Part shown: piece after piece, positions 26,557 through 35,150 of the stretch | Position numbering within the stretch: the first letter of the stretch is position 1 | Layout: the number at the start of each line of letters is the position of its first letter | IMG/VR virus record: IMGVR_UViG_3300043411_000942 | Coordinates: 62,001-126,000 of that record | Length of the DNA stretch: 64,000 nt | Reading direction: 5' to 3' (one strand) | Program-made: the position numbers and the translations under genes | The notes under the pieces: generated by a model | What the model was told of the DNA's origin: nothing | Seen by the model: only the letters and a program-made list of their open reading frames with translations | Databases searched by the model: none

Positions 26557-26789
26557 TGGTAGGGTTGGTGGGAGTCGAACCCACTTGGTAGCTGCAAAGT
26601 CATGAGGGAAACGCGCTTCCTTCTATGGGCAGGTATCGGCCGTACCCCCAACTGTTACCAGGTGGGGCCATAGTCAGTGCATCCGCAACCTCACTTCAAT
26701 TCTGAAGCTCCTCTCCGAGCTTCCTACTCCAGCTATGGCTTTCGCCCCTCGATCCGTTTTTGAGTGCCTTTCCGTCAGGCTCCAACCCT
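26557..26789 (-). ncRNA. tRNA-like RNA (233 nt) with a ~150-nt structured insert in the variable-arm position
   Basis: Acceptor AGGGTTG/CAACCCT plus A-CCA; D arm GCCT-GACGGAA-AGGC; 17-nt degenerate anticodon arm; T arm GTGGG-TTCGACT-CCCAC; insert closed by TAGCTG/CAGCTA. Confidence 0.8.
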
Positions 26790-27093
26790 AAAGTGCCGGT
26801 CTTTCCCGGCTGTCACTTGACTCACCCAATTCACCGTACGTCAAGAGTAAGGACGAAGGAGACTCAACACAACCACTTCCGTTGGGTGCCCCGATTCCAC
26901 TACCCGCACACCACCACGACACCACACCACTTAATTAGTCCCGCCTACTTTACCGCAAGCTGTACACACTCCATGCTTCATTGCTGAAGCCCCGTCATGG
27001 TACACATGAGTGCAACGCACCTGTAGGTGTTTTAGCTCTTCCTCGAAGTCCTTTATAGCCTTCTGGAGGTGCTCCTTCAAGGCCTTAGCCGAC

Positions 27094-27360
27094 TCAGCCT
27101 TCAACTTGGCCTCGCTCGGTAATGACCCTACTCACCTCTTCTAGTAGGAATCGCAGTACAAGATTGGACGCTGGAGGGATGACAACTCCTCGCCTCCAAC
27201 GACTTACAATAGGCCTACTTGTATCGAAGACTATTGCCGCCTGAGCGTCGTTGAGTCCTAACGCATCGCAACCTCTAGTGAATAAGCTAGTAAACACCTC
27301 ATTTGCGGACGCAGGACTTACAGCTTGTAGATCAGCTCGCAAGGCTTCCAGAGGAGTCAC
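27094..27360 (-). CDS. XRE-like HTH protein
   Basis: LGLNDAQAAIVFDTSRPIVSRWRRGVVIP. Confidence 0.75.
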   Translation of the reverse strand: MTPLEALRADLQAVSPASANEVFTSLFTRGCDALGLNDAQAAIVFDTSRPIVSRWRRGVVIPPASNLVLRFLLEEVSRVITERGQVEG

Positions 27361-27656
27361 AGGCTAATGACCCCCACAATCCAATCCCCATTGATCTCCA
27401 CATGGCCGGTAGGGCAAGTACACCCGTAGGGGTGAACGAGGGGGAGATCTGATGGGTCGTCAGGGTCCACGTAGACCATGACTACCGTTGGGTTGACTGG
27501 GTCGTCAGCACGAAAGTGACGACAAGTGCCAACAACTTGACGCTGAGTCACCCCAAACTTCAGTTGCATTCCAGCAAGGGACGATGGGGGGTCGTTTGCT
27601 TTGAACCACCGGGCTCGAATCTTCGAGCCCTTGGTGATGTAGGGTGCTTTGCTCAT
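27357..27656 (-). CDS. hypothetical protein
   Basis: ATG behind promoter 27663-27691. Confidence 0.7.
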   Translation of the reverse strand: MSKAPYITKGSKIRARWFKANDPPSSLAGMQLKFGVTQRQVVGTCRHFRADDPVNPTVVMVYVDPDDPSDLPLVHPYGCTCPTGHVEINGDWIVGVISL

Positions 27657-27686
27657 ACAGACCTTACGTACCTCGTACTGAGACCT

Positions 27687-28166
27687 TTAAGTGTAGCTGG
27701 CAAAAAGACGATCGGCTGCCTCTTTTACCGAGAGGCCTTCCTCAAAGACAGTAAAGGGTTGCCCCACTGGGACTTTCTTCCGCTTGACTCTCTTATACTC
27801 TACCACGTCCACGCACATAAGTACCTGAGCAAGGTCGTTTGGAGGGTCTTGGGGGGCTCCAAAAATGAACCGGGCGTTTGGGACTGGAGCGAGCATCAAG
27901 CTGTGGTGAGACTCGAACATCTTCTTTATAGCCTGGAACCTAGGTTTCAGGTCTACTTGACTATCCACCTTGAACGTCGACTTTGAGGGCTGACGGTCTT
28001 GCTCAGCCTGTTCGGCTATGAGCTTCAGACAAGTCTTGCACTTCGGTACGAGGTGAGGGGCCACGTACTTAGGGTCAATGTTACGACCACACCACATGGC
28101 GTCCTCGGTTTCAAGTAACGCATGAGCAACGAGGTGCCCCGAGACGATACCTAGAATCCACTTCAT
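27687..28166 (-). CDS. Zn-binding N-domain hypothetical protein
   Basis: VAHAL..WCG..CKTC; ATGA coupling at 28166. Confidence 0.6.
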   Translation of the reverse strand: MKWILGIVSGHLVAHALLETEDAMWCGRNIDPKYVAPHLVPKCKTCLKLIAEQAEQDRQPSKSTFKVDSQVDLKPRFQAIKKMFESHHSLMLAPVPNARFIFGAPQDPPNDLAQVLMCVDVVEYKRVKRKKVPVGQPFTVFEEGLSVKEAADRLFASYT

Positions 28167-28570
28167 TGCGGCACCTTGAGTCCTTCTACGAGGTCTTTCG
28201 CCTCTTTGAGTCCACACCCTGTGAGCGATCGAACAAGGCGAATCTTTTCAAGCTTATTGTTAAAAGTCGCAGATTTTACCCAGAGGGTGAGCAGGTCACG
28301 AAGATCCGAAAGCTTCTCGGTCTCCATTCTCAATAGAACGTCAATGACCTCCTTAGGAGCCATACGTACATACACGCTCGTATCCGTGAAAGAGTTGTCG
28401 GCAAGTCCTTTACCGACCCGCCTCAGGTACTCTTTTCCACCGTCCACTGCGATGTTACCGCAAGTGCAAGTGAGGTAGTGGTGAACACTTACGCTCTCAA
28501 TTTCTGAGAGGCAAATGTGGCACTTGACCGAGTTGCGAGAAATTTTGATACTATCGTGGTCTGTGAGCAT
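28163..28570 (-). CDS. Zn-ribbon domain fused to ribosomal L7/L12 CTD
   Basis: N: NSVKCHICLSEIES..HHYLTCTCGNIAVDGG. C: KLEKIRLVRSLTGCGLKEAKDLVE. Confidence 0.82.
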   Translation of the reverse strand: MLTDHDSIKISRNSVKCHICLSEIESVSVHHYLTCTCGNIAVDGGKEYLRRVGKGLADNSFTDTSVYVRMAPKEVIDVLLRMETEKLSDLRDLLTLWVKSATFNNKLEKIRLVRSLTGCGLKEAKDLVEGLKVPQ

Positions 28571-28579
28571 AGTCTTTCT

Positions 28580-29092
28580 TTAGCCCCAAGTGAGGGCGCC
28601 AGCCCCGAGTTCATCAAGGGGCACTCTATCGAGAATAGGTTGTACGGCTTCGATGGCCTTCGTCATACCCAAGAGCCGGGACAGGTTGTGCGGGTCCTGC
28701 CTGAGGCTTTCGTAGGCCCTTTGGACCCTAAGCCAGGGGAGTGCTCGGGTACCCCCGAGTTCGAGTCCACGGTCTACCTGGGAGAAGTAGAACATCATCC
28801 AATCCGTGACTTGTTGCACATCGCGCAAGTGCTTGGTTGTCCACACCAGAGCTACTGCAAGCCTGTGCTTACAGTGATTACCCCGTTGGGAGTCTTCGCA
28901 GGTGCAGGTAGATCGACTTCCGTGCACATGGACGAGATAGTCTCCCTTGACCCCCTCTACAGCGTAACAGCCCCCCATGTCGTAAACCTCTCCGACAAGA
29001 GCCAGAGCGCGTTGGATACGACCCTGCAACTTTGGGTTCTTCTCCGTCCAAAGTTGAGCTAGCTCGTTCATCTGCTTCGCGGGGTTACTCAT
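28580..29092 (-). CDS. SWIM zinc-finger protein
   Basis: CTCEDSQRGNHCKH; promoter 29100-29128. Confidence 0.8.
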   Translation of the reverse strand: MSNPAKQMNELAQLWTEKNPKLQGRIQRALALVGEVYDMGGCYAVEGVKGDYLVHVHGSRSTCTCEDSQRGNHCKHRLAVALVWTTKHLRDVQQVTDWMMFYFSQVDRGLELGGTRALPWLRVQRAYESLRQDPHNLSRLLGMTKAIEAVQPILDRVPLDELGAGALTWG

Positions 29093-29123
29093 GGCAGGTA
29101 CTACGTAGGTTGACGTGGGGTCT

Positions 29124-29351
29124 TTAAGGCAAAATGCACTCCTCAGCTGGATCTTCCAGCAGCGGCTCTAGCATAAATCCAGTCAAAGGTGTCCCTTTAG
29201 CTGGGTGAAACCTCTTCGCTGCTTTTTTGGCTTCGTGCTTCGTGCGGAACACAGTTGCGTTCTCGACGAACCCAGGTTTACAACCAGAGGAGTGCACCTC
29301 TAAGTAAGAGGCAGTGCCAATGATTCGAACGAGGTACCCTACTTGGGTCAT
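29124..29351 (-). CDS. hypothetical protein
   Basis: ATGA coupling. Confidence 0.5.
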   Translation of the reverse strand: MTQVGYLVRIIGTASYLEVHSSGCKPGFVENATVFRTKHEAKKAAKRFHPAKGTPLTGFMLEPLLEDPAEECILP

Positions 29352-29557
29352 ATCGGACGGACATTCTCAGGGGCGAGTCGAAGGATCCTACCTGAGCGGT
29401 CCATCTTCACATGGACCAAGTTTTTCTTGTCCAGCTTACGAATAGTTCCGAACCGGTCCCCTCGCATCCAAGCATCCGTGCCAGGATGTAACTCAACCCT
29501 CTGAGGGGGGAGAGTCTCTACTACAGGATCACTTGCCATGAATTCGTCCTCATTCAA
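29348..29557 (-). CDS. small SH3-like phage protein
   Basis: RVELHPGTDAWMRGDRFGTI..VHVKMDRSG. Confidence 0.7.
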   Translation of the reverse strand: MNEDEFMASDPVVETLPPQRVELHPGTDAWMRGDRFGTIRKLDKKNLVHVKMDRSGRILRLAPENVRPI

Positions 29558-29922
29558 GGATAGGCTTTACACTGGGATGGGAGCAAGCGTACCTGCTGCT
29601 CACGTCGCACTTGGTTCCCATCATGACTGCGCAAGATGGTCACACACAGGGATGCCCCGAGTTCGATGTACGGGCGCTCACTAAGGGGGACGGCTGAGAG
29701 GGGCATGGTTGCGATAGCTTCCTCCCCCTTAGATGAGACCGTTCGGAGTCGAAGCTCGACACCCTCGATAGCTTCGATGTAACACTCGAAGCACTCCTCA
29801 ACCACCTCAGTGCTTGGGGTCTTAGCTACCGCTTCTCGCAGTTCACTGATGCGCTCACCACCCTTGCGATGACTCCGACCCCGCCAAGCCGTTCGCTCAG
29901 GGTTGTGCTTAGTCCTCTTCAT
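29554..29922 (-). CDS. hypothetical protein
   Basis: ATG behind promoter 29930-29958. Confidence 0.65.
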   Translation of the reverse strand: MKRTKHNPERTAWRGRSHRKGGERISELREAVAKTPSTEVVEECFECYIEAIEGVELRLRTVSSKGEEAIATMPLSAVPLSERPYIELGASLCVTILRSHDGNQVRREQQVRLLPSQCKAYP

Positions 29923-29958
29923 GTGAAGTCCTACGTAGCGGAGTTGTGGGGATTTAAC

Positions 29959-30210
29959 CTACCGTTTCACTAGAGTTCCAGGTCGGACCTGCAACGCATT
30001 GATACAAGCGTCATCTCGCCTTACGTCGGGTCCCCTCACCCACAGAACTTGGTTAAACAAGTCGCAGCGAGTTCTTGCTTCCGAGAGATTTTGAGTATTC
30101 GGGGCTACATTTCGTTGCAAGTGGGCGCACGTTCCACAGTGGGTAGGATCGAAACCCACTTCAATTACCCTCTCTACCCAAATCTTCAAGGTCCTCTGAT
30201 CGTCTCTCAA
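29959..30210 (-). CDS. Cys-rich hypothetical protein
   Basis: CGTCAHL..CDLF..DACI. Confidence 0.55.
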   Translation of the reverse strand: MRDDQRTLKIWVERVIEVGFDPTHCGTCAHLQRNVAPNTQNLSEARTRCDLFNQVLWVRGPDVRRDDACINALQVRPGTLVKR

Positions 30211-30410
30211 CTTCGACCTCTATTTCCACCTAGCGAGTCTCCACAGTCGAGGCAGGTTGCTCCACCATGGAACATTGGTTTCTGGTTCAGGTGCTTACAG
30301 TTTGCGTCTGCCACCAGGGGCAGGTCATCCAGTCGAATTCCTCGTGGCTTCGAAGGCAAGCTGTTGAGGTCACGGACGCCTTGTCGAGTCACTTTGCTTT
30401 TTTTGCTCAT
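30207..30410 (-). CDS. small Zn-ribbon protein
   Basis: CKH..TCLDCG; ATG 30410. Confidence 0.5.
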   Translation of the reverse strand: MSKKSKVTRQGVRDLNSLPSKPRGIRLDDLPLVADANCKHLNQKPMFHGGATCLDCGDSLGGNRGRS

Positions 30411-30418
30411 TGTCTTCT

Positions 30419-30781
30419 CTACGCAGCCATCAGGCTTTTGATTTGCTCCCGAGTGGGGTCCTCTACTACTACACCCCATTCCCAACTGTGAAGGTAATTT
30501 CCGCAGTTGCCAGCGCAAGTAGTGTCGACCGTCGCAGTGGCCTGAGCATCTTCTTCCGTTTCGCCTTCAGCAATGGCCTCCAAGTAGGCCTCCTGTACCT
30601 GGGCATCACACAGGAGACCAGGGGCGTTATCTACAATCCAGTCGACGGCAACGTCCAAAGCCGTGTCCAGACTGTTCCCCCAGACCATAAGCTGAGTGCC
30701 ACCGTAAGCCCCGAACCACAAGATGTATCGGTGCTTTACCCAGGATCGATCCGTACCATTTACAATGTGAATCATGCTCAT
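30419..30781 (-). CDS. hypothetical protein
   Basis: acidic ORF with CAGNCG..SWEW. Confidence 0.65.
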   Translation of the reverse strand: MSMIHIVNGTDRSWVKHRYILWFGAYGGTQLMVWGNSLDTALDVAVDWIVDNAPGLLCDAQVQEAYLEAIAEGETEEDAQATATVDTTCAGNCGNYLHSWEWGVVVEDPTREQIKSLMAA

Positions 30782-30784
30782 GTC

Positions 30785-31009
30785 TCAAGTTGGAATGTGA
30801 AGAGGAGGGGAAATCCGATTGACGTGGTCGTAGAAGGATGGGCCCCTCCGACGTCCCTTCCCCGCAGTAAACGTACGAATCCAAGCCCAAGCTTCTCTGG
30901 TGCAAGGGCCACACACAATGAACGTAGGGCTGTAAACACAGCCTGTTGCGGGATGGGCTGGTCCATCACAGGTGCGGCAACGATGACTTACAAACTCTGA
31001 GTTGTCCAC
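30785..31009 (-). CDS. Zn-finger hypothetical protein
   Basis: CRTCDG..HPATGC..CGPC. Confidence 0.55.
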   Translation of the reverse strand: MDNSEFVSHRCRTCDGPAHPATGCVYSPTFIVCGPCTREAWAWIRTFTAGKGRRRGPSFYDHVNRISPPLHIPT

Positions 31010-31010
31010 T

Positions 31011-31166
31011 TTAGTCTCGGTATCTGGAGTACCACACGGTGAGGTAACCGTTTACGAAATCTCGACAAGACTTTGTAGCCTCAACCATCACAAGAAAGAG
31101 GTCAGCTTCCTCGTCGCTATCGAACACCTTCTTGAAGTCGTAGTGCTCGCCATCGATCTTGTACAT
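31011..31166 (-). CDS. small hypothetical protein (51 aa, not in track)
   Basis: ATG behind promoter 31173-31201. Confidence 0.55.
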   Translation of the reverse strand: MYKIDGEHYDFKKVFDSDEEADLFLVMVEATKSCRDFVNGYLTVWYSRYRD

Positions 31167-31205
31167 AACTAACTTACGGATGGGACACTCAAACCCTTAA
31201 CGAGA

Positions 31206-31238
31206 AAGAGGCGTAGGTTTTTTTCACCTACGCCTCTT
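31206..31238 (-). terminator. terminator-like hairpin
   Basis: AAGAGGCGTAGGT/ACCTACGCCTCTT stem. Confidence 0.75.
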
Positions 31239-31362
31239 AACTTTTCAGGTAGTTACTTGCCTTACCCAACTGGGTCCGGTCTTTCTCCGGATGGCATCAT
31301 ACAGTGCTCCTCGCGTTGTTACCTTTCGGGATACTTTTAGCTTACTTGCGTCTCAGCTCAAG

Positions 31363-31662
31363 TCAAGTGGATTTTGCCTCTTTTGGGGCGATGTTCGCGT
31401 TATTGACTGCCTCTTGTACGATAGCGTCAGCAGCGTCCATGATGCCAATTCCAGTTGACCAGTACATGGGTACAGCACGCTTACCGAGTTGCTTGCAAAT
31501 CCAATACTGAAGCTCAAGACCTTGCGTCTCGTTGAGTTCAGAGGTTGAGTAGGTTCCACGAGGAAGCAACTTCAGGGGTGGGCGTTTGCCTACCATGGTG
31601 GCAATCGCATCCCCACATGGGTCCTTGATGCCCTCGAAGTAGTAATGGGTTCGCACAATCAA
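31363..31662 (-). CDS. hypothetical protein
   Basis: ATGA coupling. Confidence 0.55.
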   Translation of the reverse strand: MIVRTHYYFEGIKDPCGDAIATMVGKRPPLKLLPRGTYSTSELNETQGLELQYWICKQLGKRAVPMYWSTGIGIMDAADAIVQEAVNNANIAPKEAKST

Positions 31663-31892
31663 CCTCCCAGCTTTAGGTGAGTCTTCGCCAGCAACTTTGC
31701 CTGGATTCGAGTCTTCCCGTCACGAGTACTAATCTGAATCCAAGCAGGTTTTCCTGGGATGGCCCAGAACCAGAGGTGAGATAGAAGATTCCACCAAGAC
31801 TTTGCATGCGTAAGCCAAACACCCCCCTTAGCGTCGATCACAATCATGCCATGAAGGGCGTAGGCTTTCGCTCGAATGATTTCGACTGTCAT
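31659..31892 (-). CDS. hypothetical protein
   Basis: ATGA coupling to the ligase. Confidence 0.5.
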   Translation of the reverse strand: MTVEIIRAKAYALHGMIVIDAKGGVWLTHAKSWWNLLSHLWFWAIPGKPAWIQISTRDGKTRIQAKLLAKTHLKLGG

Positions 31893-32593
31893 GACTCCTC
31901 AAGAAACGACCATCGGTCGGCTAACTTGTTCCTGGCAATTTCTTGGTGTGACCAGTGGTCGCTTGTAGATACGTGATCTTTTCGAACCCACTTGGCGACT
32001 GAGGTGGAGAACTCCGAGTCGCCAAAAGAGCCAGCAACCCGAACCACTACTCCCTCACGGACTCCCCCTAAAGCCGAGGGAGCTGTAGTAAACCTATCGG
32101 TAACCTCCTTGAGTTGATTCTCGGTTGTAACTGAGAACCTACCTAGTAGCGGAACCGTAGCTACTTCTAGTTGCTCTGCCCAGTCCTCAACCAACTCCCA
32201 AGGCTCCCAGCTACGGGTAACTCTAGTTGAGTGTAGCCCGTCGACCAAGTCTAAGTGCCGCACCCCAAAAAGTAGTAAGTAGCTTGGTAGTCTTGTGTAC
32301 TCAATGCTATGCTTTGCGTAGCACCACTCTCCAAAGATCTGGATCCCCTCAGGAATACCAGATTTCACTTGAGCGTGCAACGCCTTCAAAGCATCAAAGC
32401 TTGGGTGTTTTGGGGCCTTAGCATGGCTCCGTGCGTACACTGCGTCATGCTCAAGACAGACGTTAGACCCATCCACCTTCTCAGTGATAACGATCTCTCG
32501 GTTGAGTAGCCCATCAAGGGTTACGATCCTCTTGTCGTCGTTAGTCCCGCCAGGAGACCAGGTGAGATGAGGAGTTCTATTGTACTTGTCCAT
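31889..32593 (-). CDS. ATP-dependent RNA ligase (RNA_ligase family)
   Basis: KYNRTPHL, TEKVDGSN (motif I), FGEW, REGVVVR, KWVRKDH. Confidence 0.9.
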   Translation of the reverse strand: MDKYNRTPHLTWSPGGTNDDKRIVTLDGLLNREIVITEKVDGSNVCLEHDAVYARSHAKAPKHPSFDALKALHAQVKSGIPEGIQIFGEWCYAKHSIEYTRLPSYLLLFGVRHLDLVDGLHSTRVTRSWEPWELVEDWAEQLEVATVPLLGRFSVTTENQLKEVTDRFTTAPSALGGVREGVVVRVAGSFGDSEFSTSVAKWVRKDHVSTSDHWSHQEIARNKLADRWSFLEES

Positions 32594-32661
32594 AACACTG
32601 GCCTTTCTTACTAGTACCTACGAAAAGCCAGTGCTTGGACTTAACTACTTTCTACCGATCG

Positions 32662-33279
32662 TTACGGGTACAACGGAAATTGCGCCTTCACCTCAGGAGG
32701 CTCGCTGGGCTGAGTGGGCATAATGGCCTCGACCATCACGTCGCGCTCCGCCGTCAGGTCCTTTTCCGTAAGACGCCACCTACCAACCCCAAAGTTCTGC
32801 AAAACCCCCCTATTGCGTAGAGTGGTGATGAACCCTCGAACCTTAGGTAGGCGAAGGGGGTCAGAGGGTCCGTAAACGATAGATGCAATCTCGCCTACGC
32901 TTGCCCCCGGATTGTCTCTAAAGGCTGTGACAATCGACTTTACGATAGTACCCTTAGGTGTGTATGGCTTGTTGGCCTTCACCTTACGAGCCTTCTTGGT
33001 AGCCTTGGGGGTGGCCTTCTCTTGTGTACTTGGATTAGCGCCCTTCCTCTTGAATACAGCAAGAGCCTCAGCCATAATTGCTGGGACTTTGAGAGCCCCA
33101 CAACCAGCAATTATGGCAAGTACTTCAGCATCCTCTCGGGTCAGAAACGGATGGTAGCGACTCGTAATAGCATTCAGGTCTGCTACCACATGAGCAGGCA
33201 GATTTCTCTTCATTTGATCCTTCTTCATTTTGATCCTTTTTTTTTCCGCTAGGGGACTTGTGTAGGTTACACCAACCAC
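32662..33279 (-). CDS. C-terminal winged-HTH DNA-binding protein
   Basis: AFRDNPGASVGEIA..LRNRGVL..GRWRL; basic linker; start likely ~33228. Confidence 0.6.
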   Translation of the reverse strand: MVGVTYTSPLAEKKRIKMKKDQMKRNLPAHVVADLNAITSRYHPFLTREDAEVLAIIAGCGALKVPAIMAEALAVFKRKGANPSTQEKATPKATKKARKVKANKPYTPKGTIVKSIVTAFRDNPGASVGEIASIVYGPSDPLRLPKVRGFITTLRNRGVLQNFGVGRWRLTEKDLTAERDVMVEAIMPTQPSEPPEVKAQFPLYP

Positions 33280-33594
33280 CTAGCTAGCCCAGAACTTTTC
33301 AGCCATTTTCATGGCCCTTTGAATGTTTGCCAAACCCACCGGGTTTGCCGAGTGCACTCTCCACGTTATTGAGCGTAGGGTCCCAAAGTAAGCTCTCTTC
33401 TCGATAAACTGGGCTACCAGGTATCCTGTACCTGAAGTGCTTCCGAGGTCATGATCAAAGTCGATCTCGGTAACCTCACCTCTTGCCAAAATTCGACAAG
33501 CCTCCATAGCGGAAGAGACTCCCACCCAACCCTGAGGTGGGTGCCGGTCAGGGGTCGACGGGTCCTCAATTTGGTCATCAAGCCACAACTTCAT
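33280..33594 (-). CDS. cyclic-phosphate-processing receiver domain protein
   Basis: LWLDD, P.GW, DFDHDLG, GTGY, VHSANPVG. Confidence 0.85.
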   Translation of the reverse strand: MKLWLDDQIEDPSTPDRHPPQGWVGVSSAMEACRILARGEVTEIDFDHDLGSTSGTGYLVAQFIEKRAYFGTLRSITWRVHSANPVGLANIQRAMKMAEKFWAS

Positions 33595-33730
33595 GTTATC
33601 GACTCATTGGGTCATGAGGGGACGAGAAGTTCCCTACTCGGAGACCATTCTTCAGGGTGACAATGGGGATGCTCATACTCACGCCTACGGATTCTTGCAG
33701 GTTAGGCTTAAGGTAAAACTGACGTGCCGA

Positions 33731-34372
33731 TCACTTCAGCTTACGGTAACGGCTCATACGACTCAGTTTGATCGTCCGGTGGTCGGAGGTGTGGACCTCC
33801 CCATCCTTGAGGTTTACCGAACGTACCGTAAAGTAGTTGGCACGTCTACGATCTTTGGAGATCCAAACCTCCCCGAACTTCGGGATAAGGTTAGAGTCAG
33901 TCTCGTTGATTTCTATCGGAGACACTACCTCGTTGTCCTTAACGGTGGGGTACTCAAGGTCAAGAAGGTCATTGAATTCTTGGAATTCTTGGATGGGCTT
34001 CTGATCGAGCTTGCCACCTACGGTGCCCTCCTCCGCTGGTGCACCTGGGTCGACCGCTGTAGCCGCATCATCATAAACAAGAAACCCCTTGTCAGTGGCG
34101 GCCGTTGGGTCAGTAGCCGTACATACGTCCAAGTCATTACGGAGCCATGACGTGCACCTATTGACCCCAGCGAACTCTCTCACGTCCTCCTTAAGAGGGC
34201 CACCTACGAGCCGCTCTAAGCTGGCTCGTTTATTTACCGTGACGGCCTCATCTGATAAACGAGCGTTCCGCCACTCGGTAGGGTCTTCTCCAGCCAACCA
34301 AGCAGCGTAAGCTCCCGCTGCACAGGCCCACTCCATGAGAGTGAGCCCCTCAGAATTTTTCTTATTGCGCAT
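33731..34372 (-). CDS. multi-domain protein with C-terminal GEVWxSKDxRR domain
   Basis: GGTGTA-N9-ATG start; C-terminal domain shared with 22986-23738. Confidence 0.65.
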   Translation of the reverse strand: MRNKKNSEGLTLMEWACAAGAYAAWLAGEDPTEWRNARLSDEAVTVNKRASLERLVGGPLKEDVREFAGVNRCTSWLRNDLDVCTATDPTAATDKGFLVYDDAATAVDPGAPAEEGTVGGKLDQKPIQEFQEFNDLLDLEYPTVKDNEVVSPIEINETDSNLIPKFGEVWISKDRRRANYFTVRSVNLKDGEVHTSDHRTIKLSRMSRYRKLK

Positions 34373-34386
34373 ACCTAGTACTACAC

Positions 34387-35115
34387 CTACCAGCGACGCC
34401 GCTGCTGCTTTTTGGTTTTCACTACAGGACCTTTACCCTGAATCCAAGCATCAAGATCCGCCACGGTGCAGAGCATCGAGTTGTAAATGTCTTGCTGCAT
34501 AGGATTGAGCCAGAACTGAACAGTACCATCCGTCGCAAGTCTCGGGGACAAGGCAAAGTACTTCAACCCAGCGGCTTTGATGCGATCAGCAATCCCAGTC
34601 TCTTCTGCGGCCTTACGAAGAGCGTTTCGATCTTCGTCCGCCTTTTTCCAAGCTTGCTTGACTTCCGTAGGGAGGTTCGATGCCACTCCGATGCACAACC
34701 CTGCGTTATCGAAGACTCCCCCACCCCCAAGCCAAATGACAGCGTCGTTTGACTTGATTGCCTCGTAGATCACAAGGAGCTGCTTGATGATTTTGGGGTC
34801 TCCACTGAAAATCCCAAAGGAACCCTCATCCCATGCGCCCCAGGTAACCGTCCCCTTCATGGGTGTAGGGGGCTTTTGGTCCCTCCAAGTGGGGAGGAAT
34901 ATACCCTGAAACCCCTCGCCATTGAACCAGGTGAGTGCTGCTGGTACGGTATGCGTAAGCCGGGACGCTACACCGCACTCATCATCCTTGCAGTCAAAGT
35001 ATCGCCTCAGCAGTTTGATGCCCCACTCGTGCTCAGCACACAGGTCTGATCCAAGGTTTACTGCGACAACCTTGGATTTGCGAGCCACTACCTCTGCTTT
35101 TCGTCCGATTCTCAT
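34387..35115 (-). CDS. hypothetical phage protein
   Basis: ATG 35115 behind promoter 35123-35151; AEHEWGI, AWDEGSF, FALSP, FWLNP. Confidence 0.75.
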   Translation of the reverse strand: MRIGRKAEVVARKSKVVAVNLGSDLCAEHEWGIKLLRRYFDCKDDECGVASRLTHTVPAALTWFNGEGFQGIFLPTWRDQKPPTPMKGTVTWGAWDEGSFGIFSGDPKIIKQLLVIYEAIKSNDAVIWLGGGGVFDNAGLCIGVASNLPTEVKQAWKKADEDRNALRKAAEETGIADRIKAAGLKYFALSPRLATDGTVQFWLNPMQQDIYNSMLCTVADLDAWIQGKGPVVKTKKQQRRRW

Positions 35116-35150
35116 GTCTAGCCCTACGGAAGTAGAGAGAGTAAGCTTAA

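Noticed and set aside
26600-26750. Group I intron within a tRNA
   Set aside because: GACTATGG resembles an R element, but there is no downstream S partner, and removing the insert does not restore a 5-bp anticodon stem.
26557-26993. tmRNA
   Set aside because: Acceptor has G3:C70 rather than G3-U70, there is a real D stem, and there is no Ala-ending tag ORF. GGGGC at 26993 is part of a local hairpin.
1074-27020. CAACGCAC(GGG) shared by the three non-coding regions
   Set aside because: 8-11-nt matches are expected by chance at this sequence length; no shared flanking structure.
28517-29062. Long antisense ORFs in the track (e.g. 28517-29062, 30410-31000, 33593-34150, 43012-43497, 62201-62773)
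   Set aside because: They lie opposite genes with clear motifs or promoter support and have no motifs of their own; treated as shadow ORFs.
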